A model generated the notes under the pieces. The model had not been told where the DNA came from. It saw nothing but the letters and a program-made list of their open reading frames with translations, and ran no database searches. From Podarcis muralis (lineage: Eukaryota), in NCBI RefSeq assembly GCF_964188315.1, contig NC_135656.1, positions 42,408,001 through 42,472,000 on the forward strand: DNA of 64,000 nt, written 5' to 3'. Shown here piece after piece: positions 58,317-64,000 of this stretch. The position numbers and the translations under genes are program-made. Every line of letters begins with the position of its first letter. The first letter of the stretch is position 1.

Positions 58317-59086
58317 GGTTAATTTATTCATCTTAAATTCTACAGCATTCCCACCCTGTCCCCCACAAAATCCCCCTTGACTTTCCAAATTGCTTCAGCT
58401 AACGCTAGCCATGGTCATGGGGATTTTTTCAGTCTCCAGAGTATTCTGAGCCACTCTTGTTTTCCCCTTTTATTCTTATATTTTATTATTATTATTCCCG
58501 GCCTTTACTAACATTCCTCCCATCTGGTCCAAGGCCGCCTTCGGCCTACATCGGCAAGTTACATTTTCCCTGTACGATGAGTTCCTTGCCCCTGTGGTAC
58601 TGCGTGGGAATCTTGGGGGCAGCCCCAGACACTAAAAAGAGTTTCACTCTGTCGTGAACGGTACTGAGATAGAACACAAAATGCTTCCTCTGTTTCTCCT
58701 CAAAAAACATCTGGCCCCAGCAGCCAACTACCTACACTTTCCTCACTCCCTGACCCCCCTCCCCTTCGCACTCTGTACATTCCAGCTATCCCTGGCTGTA
58801 AATACTGCTGGTGGGAGCAGGTGCCCAGGCAGGACCTTGGTCCGGTGGTGACCGCTGCTTCCTTCCCACCCCACCCCCTTCCCTTCCCATGCTCTGTAGC
58901 AATAGTGGGGGAATGGCCCTGCGCAAGTCAGACCTCTCTTGTCATAGAAGGACCATTTCTAGCTCATTTAAATAAATAAACAAAAAAACTTTTTTAAAAA
59001 AACAAATTAAAAAAAAATCCAGTGTAAACCAAGTAGCTTTAAAGCAGCTGGGTGCTTTGTGTACAGAGCGGCTTGAGCCGCGGCAT

Positions 59087-59092
59087 AATAAA
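59087..59092 (+). terminator. Probable distal polyadenylation signal
   Basis: AATAAA with downstream ctctgtgcgtcttttgtttctttttgtttcg. Other AATAAA hexamers occur at 57791, 57946 and 58971. Confidence 0.6.
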
Positions 59093-59207
59093 CATAGCTA
59101 ATAAGGAAATCGCCTCTGCTTCCTCTGTGCGTCTTTTGTTTCTTTTTGTTTCGTAGTTGCAAGTTCCGGCTGTGTAGCAAGCCACTACGTATTTACATAT
59201 ATCTATA

Positions 59208-59440
59208 CAGTGGTACCTCGGGTTAAGAACTTAATTCGTTCCGGAGGTCCGTTCTTAACCTGAAACTGTTCTTAACCTGAAGCACCACTTTAGCTAATGG
59301 GGCCACCACGCCGCTGGAGCACGATTTCTGTTCTCATCCTGAAGCAAAGTTCTTAACCTGAGGTAATATTTCTGGGTTAGCATATGTAACCTGAAGCGTT
59401 TGTAACCCAAGGTACTTTGTAACCCAAGCGTTTGTAGTGT
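59208..59440. mobile_element. Family-A MITE with damaged, partly duplicated right end
   Basis: TA|CAGTGGTACCTCGGG; right end reads ccaaggtactttgtaacccaagcg. Confidence 0.85.
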
Positions 59441-59502
59441 ACTACAAATAGATTCAATAGGTTTTGTCTTGTTTTCCTTCCATTCTGGGTCACTATGGAA
59501 TA

Positions 59503-59753
59503 CAGCCGTACCTTGGTTCTTGAACGCCTTGTGACTCAAACGTTTTGCCTCCCGAACGCCACTAACCCGGAAGTGAGTGTTCCAGTTTGCGAACGTTCTT
59601 TGGAACCCGAACGTCCAACGCTGCTTCTGCAGCTTCCGATTGAGTGCAGGAAGCTCCTGCAGCCAATCGGAAGCCGTGCCTTGCTTTTGGAACGTTTTCA
59701 GAAGTCAAACAGACTTCTGGAATGGATTCTGTTTGAGAACCAAGGTACGACTC
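59503..59753. mobile_element. Family-B MITE, opposite orientation to 9685 and 41776
   Basis: TA|CAGCCGTACCTTGG...CCAAGGTACGACTC|TA. Confidence 0.88.
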
Positions 59754-61404
59754 TACTATCAAAGGTTCTTCCACTACCACCCTTTCAAATGCCTGCTCTC
59801 TGTGACTTCTTCAGCGTTGTAGCGTTTGAAAGAAGGTTGCTGGCTTTCAAGAGCGTTGCTGTGACCGATGTGCTTAGACGCATAGGTCCATAGGCTTTCC
59901 ATTATTGGATTTTGAACTTCCTACCATAAGGGGATCCTTTTGACGCTCATTATTCTGCCACGGAAATATGGAACTGTTTTAGGGCTCACCCTTGATTCGA
60001 TATGGGGCACTGGCCATGTCTTTTGGGCTTCACTGTTGCTGCACATGACCTGAGGACACGCACAATGCTTCCTGGCAGCTGCACATTGTAGGAGCGGTGG
60101 CTAAGCTGTCTTTCAGCAAATCATCTAATGGAAGAACCTCTGATAAACCCCACAGTTTTAGAAAACAAAAACACTTTTTACAAGCAGAAATGCCTTTAAA
60201 AAGGTTACGTCGCCATCACAACAGAGAACAATAAATACATACTTTCCTCGCAAACTTCCATTTCTTTAGCAGGGTCTTAATGCTTTTTCTTGCCTCGGAT
60301 TTCACCTGAGGTTTTTGTTTGCTGAGTCATCAAAGCAATATGACGTCACAGCATTCCAAACATGATTTGCAAATGAACAATCAATGGTGTTCTGTTTGGC
60401 TTCCCCAGAGCGGGGGCGGGAAATCTATTGCTTCCTAAACTGAAGATGGCTTGCGCTTGCAAGTTGCCAGGATTAATCTTAATCTATGTGCATGTAATGC
60501 TTTCTCATCTGTGGCAGCACAATGCAGAGACAGGAACTGATACAACCTTGGAAGTTTCACTGCTAAAAATATCTGTGTTGAAAAGAAGTTGGGATACATT
60601 ACTTTGGTTTCCCACATACGAAGCAGTCTATGGACAGAAACATTGCCTTAACCAGAGAATCTAACCTTGTGGTGTGTTTGGGTATGGTGGCTGATGGGAA
60701 GTCCCAGTTTTTCCCATGCAAGCATATTGAAGACTTCTGAAGAAGGAGCACAGAGTGAAACACCCAACAGAAGCAGCAAGCAACAGATAGTGGACACAGG
60801 AATCAACAACCATATATGAAACCTTGTCTTTTCTTGGGGGTAAATCACGAGCTGTTTCATAGACACTGAAAAAGCTGCCCCTTGAATAGCTAATACAGTA
60901 AGAAGATTAAAGAACTCACCTTCCTGAGATCATATTTTAATACAGTACTTCATCCAGTAAAGGATGTGACTGACTAACGATAGAACTCCGCTGCCCAGAG
61001 TGGCTGGGGAAACCCAGCCAGATGGGTGGGGTAGAAATAATAAATTATTATTGTTATAATTACTATTATATCTCCCAGGAATGTCCAGGAAACTGCCTTG
61101 AGAAGGCATGGTTCATTTTTACTTTAGGTTGGCAAGTATCACCAAGCTCCACAAGGCCTGCAATATTCTACCTCCCCATTAGGCCCCCTAATAGTTCTGT
61201 TCAGTTATTCCCTGTGTAGTCTGTTCCTCCTCTTTTTTAACATTTCCAGTCTTATTGCTATAGCAGTTGCTCACCACTGTGTGGCAGCAGAGATGGTAAA
61301 GCTGCCAACTCGTGCTGGGCTGTTCTAAGGGACTGCGTTTTCTATTACGAGTTTATTGCACACATAAATAAAATACAAATAGTAGTATCCTTTAATAATT
61401 TAGA

Positions 61405-61482
61405 GTTTCCTGGCACCTTAAGAACAAACAAATTTATTGGGCTTCAGATTTTTGTGAGTGTGAACCCATTTTATCAGACCTG
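61405..61482 (-). mobile_element. Penelope-like element terminal fragment
   Basis: Reverse complement ctgataaaatgggttcacactcacaaaa...cccaataaatttgtttgttcttaaggtgcca resembles recalled reptile PLE terminal repeats and overlaps the motif at 63932. Confidence 0.45.
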
Positions 61483-61815
61483 TGAAGAAGAAGGTTCAGC
61501 CTCCCCCCCCCCCACCTCCACCAACCTGGTGCCCTTGAGGCATTTTGGGCTACAACTTCCATAAAATGCTGTCCTGTTTGGTTATTAAGAAAGAAAGCCA
61601 CTTATGTGACCACTTCACTTACCTGCTCAAATGGCTCTTGCCCACAGACGTTTATGCCACAATAAATTTGTTAGGTCTTTAAAGTATCCCAAGGTTCTGG
61701 TCTTGTTTTGCTGCGACAGCCTAATATGGCCTCTGAAAACCAAAGTGTTGCAGCCCCGAATCAGTGAAAATGTCAGAGATCCTGCATATGGGAAAGTGCC
61801 TATAGGAACCAAGTA

Positions 61816-62073
61816 CAGTGGTACCTCAGGTTAAGTACTTAATTCGTTCCGGAGGTCCGTTCTTAACCTGAAACTGTTCTTAACCTGAAGCACCACTTTA
61901 GCTAATGGGGCCTCCCGCTGCTGCCGCGCCGCTGGAGCACAATTTCTGTTCTCATCCTGAAGCAAAGTTCTTAACCCGAGGTACTATTTCTGGGTTAGCG
62001 GAGTCTGTAATCTGAAGCGTATGTAACCTGAAGCGTATGTAACCTGAAGCGTATGTAACCCAAAGTACCACTG
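61816..62073. mobile_element. Family-A MITE, apparently intact reference copy
   Basis: TA TSD, TIRs, and tandem TGTAACCTGAAGCGTA subterminal repeats. Confidence 0.92.
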
Positions 62074-62896
62074 TACTGGTATTACAAATTGCTGCTGGGA
62101 AGCTACCCCTGAAAAATGAAGGTGTTAAGTGTGATGAGCCTGATTTAAATCACTTCACAGGGTGGGCCTGCACACGGAATAATTTTCACTGGGCCACCAT
62201 AACGTAAGCTATATAGTTTGTGGTGACACAGTGAGAGTCACTCCGTCCACCTTAGAAGCTACTATCAGGCGTTGACATCATATGCTTTCTGAGGGCCATG
62301 CTTCAGCTAGAGGCCCACTGCCCCCCCTTAAACCCCCTGGCCCTGATCTTCCTCTTCCTTGTTCTGCTACTGCCTGTTCACCTGCCCGCTTGGAGTGAGC
62401 AAAAAGGGAGTAGTCTGCTTACTGGTGCACCTCCTGATATATGTGCAGGCTGCACCCAGATAAATAGGGAAAGCAAAATGGGTGGCAGTGACAGTCGTAA
62501 AGGGGTGGTGGATCCACTAAGACCATCTTGCTCAAGGCCCTCTCAAAAACTGACTGCTATGAATGAGCAGCTCCCCAGAGGAAAGTGTTGCCTTTAATAC
62601 AATCCTTAGTTTCCGTCTTTTGCTACAGGCAAGATGGTCTTTTAGATGCAGCCATTAGTATTGCTTTAGGCTGGCCACGTTCTTGCTGATTTCAGCAGGT
62701 GTGATGGAGGTTTTCAGGCAAGGAACAAACCTAGACACTGGGAACTGTGATAGTTTTCTAGACCAATAGCTTTTGGGGGTGAGGGAGATAAGTGGAGAGA
62801 CGGGGGGGGGGGGCACTGAACTATTCTATCTTTAGCTAATAACTAGGATCTTCCTTCCATTCTTTTTTTTTTTTAAGCACAGTACAAGAAAACAAG

Positions 62897-63058
62897 GGGA
62901 AACATGCAAGTCTAGTGTACACGAATGCATCAAAATTTAAAGTCTTGGGTCAATCTAATCCTATGCCCGTTTGCTTAGGGAAACATGCAAGTCTAGTGTA
63001 CACGAGTGCATCAAAATTTAAAGTCTTGGGTCAATCTAATCCTATGCCCGTTTGTTTA
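62897..63058. repeat. 81-bp tandem duplication (2 mismatches)
   Basis: Units 62897-62977 and 62978-63058. Confidence 0.92.
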
Positions 63059-63360
63059 GGAGTAAGCCTTATTTATCTCAATGAAACTATTGAGTCAACA
63101 GGTTGCAAAACCCACAAAAACCACTAGGTGGAGGTTGTTGTAAATCTCCCAGCCTGATGAGTCTCCCTGTAGTGAAATGCTACTTTCCAGGATGTTGAAA
63201 ATTTCCTTAACCACCTGGATTGGGTTGTTTTCTTCACATCACTGCAGGGCTCCTCTATGAAAGGATGTGCTGTGTTGTGGGTATTTCCTGAACTAAGGAT
63301 TAGTTACTAAGGATAACAAAGGATTCTATGGTTCTAGGATACTAAGTTAACTAAGGATAA

Positions 63361-63494
63361 GGTAGACTCTCCTTCATTGGAGAAAGAGGCACTGGCCAGC
63401 CTTCTCTCCAGGTTTCTTTAGCTGTGATTCCTGCATTGCACAGGGTGAAGTAGATGGCCCTCGGGTCCCTTCCAACTCTACAGTTCTACTATTC
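63361..63494 (+). mobile_element. CR1 LINE 3' end, 5'-truncated
   Basis: gactctccttcattgg...ctttagctgtgattcctgcattgca...cccttccaactctacagttcta; shares its tail with the 44217 SINE. Confidence 0.65.
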
Positions 63495-63860
63495 CACCGC
63501 ACATTGGAAGAATATAAGGCAATGCCTGACTGCATGGTGACAGCTGTCCCGGGGAATGCTTTAAGGAGGCTTTAAGGTGGTCCCTGACTTCCTTCCCATT
63601 TATGTATTCATGTTCTACACTGTTGATCATCACCAGAGACAGGCAAAGTAAATCTCAGTTGGGTGTGTTGATCTCTTAATTTCCTGTCACATCGGATCTT
63701 ATTTTTATTTTATGTAGAAGGATTTACAGATCACAACATTCTCGAAATGGTGTACAGTATATGTCTCTAAGCGGCATACATACATCTTAGCAGGGTGATT
63801 CTAACATCCAAAGATAAGTGCCTATAGTAGGTGAAGTCTGAGTCCAGGTCTAAGGAACAA

Positions 63861-63922
63861 ATGAGGTAAGACTTCCTGCACTGAATTAAGCCATGAGGTA
63901 AGACTTCCTGCACTGAATTAAG
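63861..63922. repeat. Perfect 30-bp direct repeat separated by CC
   Basis: ATGAGGTAAGACTTCCTGCACTGAATTAAG twice. Confidence 0.92.
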
Positions 63923-63931
63923 ATGACGTCA

Positions 63932-64000
63932 TAATAAACTTGTTATTATTTAAAGTGCCACAAGACCCTGTTATTTTTGCTGCAAGAGACAGCACAGCTA
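63932..64000 (+). mobile_element. Penelope-like element terminal fragment
   Basis: aataaacttgtt...taaagtgccacaagaccctgttatttttgctgcaagagac..cacagcta resembles recalled reptile PLE ends. Confidence 0.45.

Larger units (their letters stand above)
57642..59115 (+). other. NOTCH3: NOTCH3 3' UTR (distal end approximate)
   Basis: Follows the stop codon; AATAAA at 59087-59092 is followed by a GU/U-rich downstream tract (about 59118-59152). Confidence 0.65.

Noticed and set aside
59899-59908. CArG box CCATTATTGG (SRF), attractive for a smooth-muscle gene
   Set aside because: A single motif beside MITEs downstream of the gene, at chance frequency and with no supporting cluster.
5992-62073. Recurring palindromic repeats resembling CRISPR or bacterial REP elements
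   Set aside because: They are dispersed, carry TIRs and TA duplications, and lie in a spliced vertebrate gene; there is no repeat-spacer array or cas gene.
63154-63180. CTGATGA...GAAA hammerhead-like spacing
   Set aside because: No convincing stem II and no stem I/III partners.
59800-64000. Exons of a neighbouring gene in the 3' flank
   Set aside because: No exon-like segment with splice sites and recognisable protein similarity on either strand; the region is mainly repeats.

Overview
Vertebrate genomic DNA from a squamate reptile, judged from Sauria SINEs; a lacertid lizard is my inference. One complete + strand gene, NOTCH3, occupies most of the window. I reconstructed 34 coding exons by hand (ATG 2110 to TGA 57641), all bounded by GT-AG. 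They sum to 7191 nt (2396 aa plus stop) with consistent phases. The domain order is signal peptide, 35 EGF repeats, 3 LNR, heterodimerisation domain with an RQRR furin site, TM, RAM (LWFP), ankyrin repeats and PEST. The 3' UTR runs to about 59.1 kb. Introns and flanks hold TA-targeting Tc1/mariner-type MITEs, hAT MITEs, SINEs, L2/CR1/Penelope fragments and microsatellites. I see no support for a wholly new multi-gene system. Best leads: (1) an extra EGF exon that mammalian NOTCH3 lacks; (2) three miR-1/206 sites, one pairing 15/16 nt with miR-1, lying downstream of a possible proximal poly(A) signal; (3) a fold-back MITE and a nested MITE; (4) a tRNA-Lys/CR1 chimeric SINE; (5) a 3-codon uORF and candidate intronic regulatory elements. 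Comparisons to human or other family sequences are from memory, not searches.
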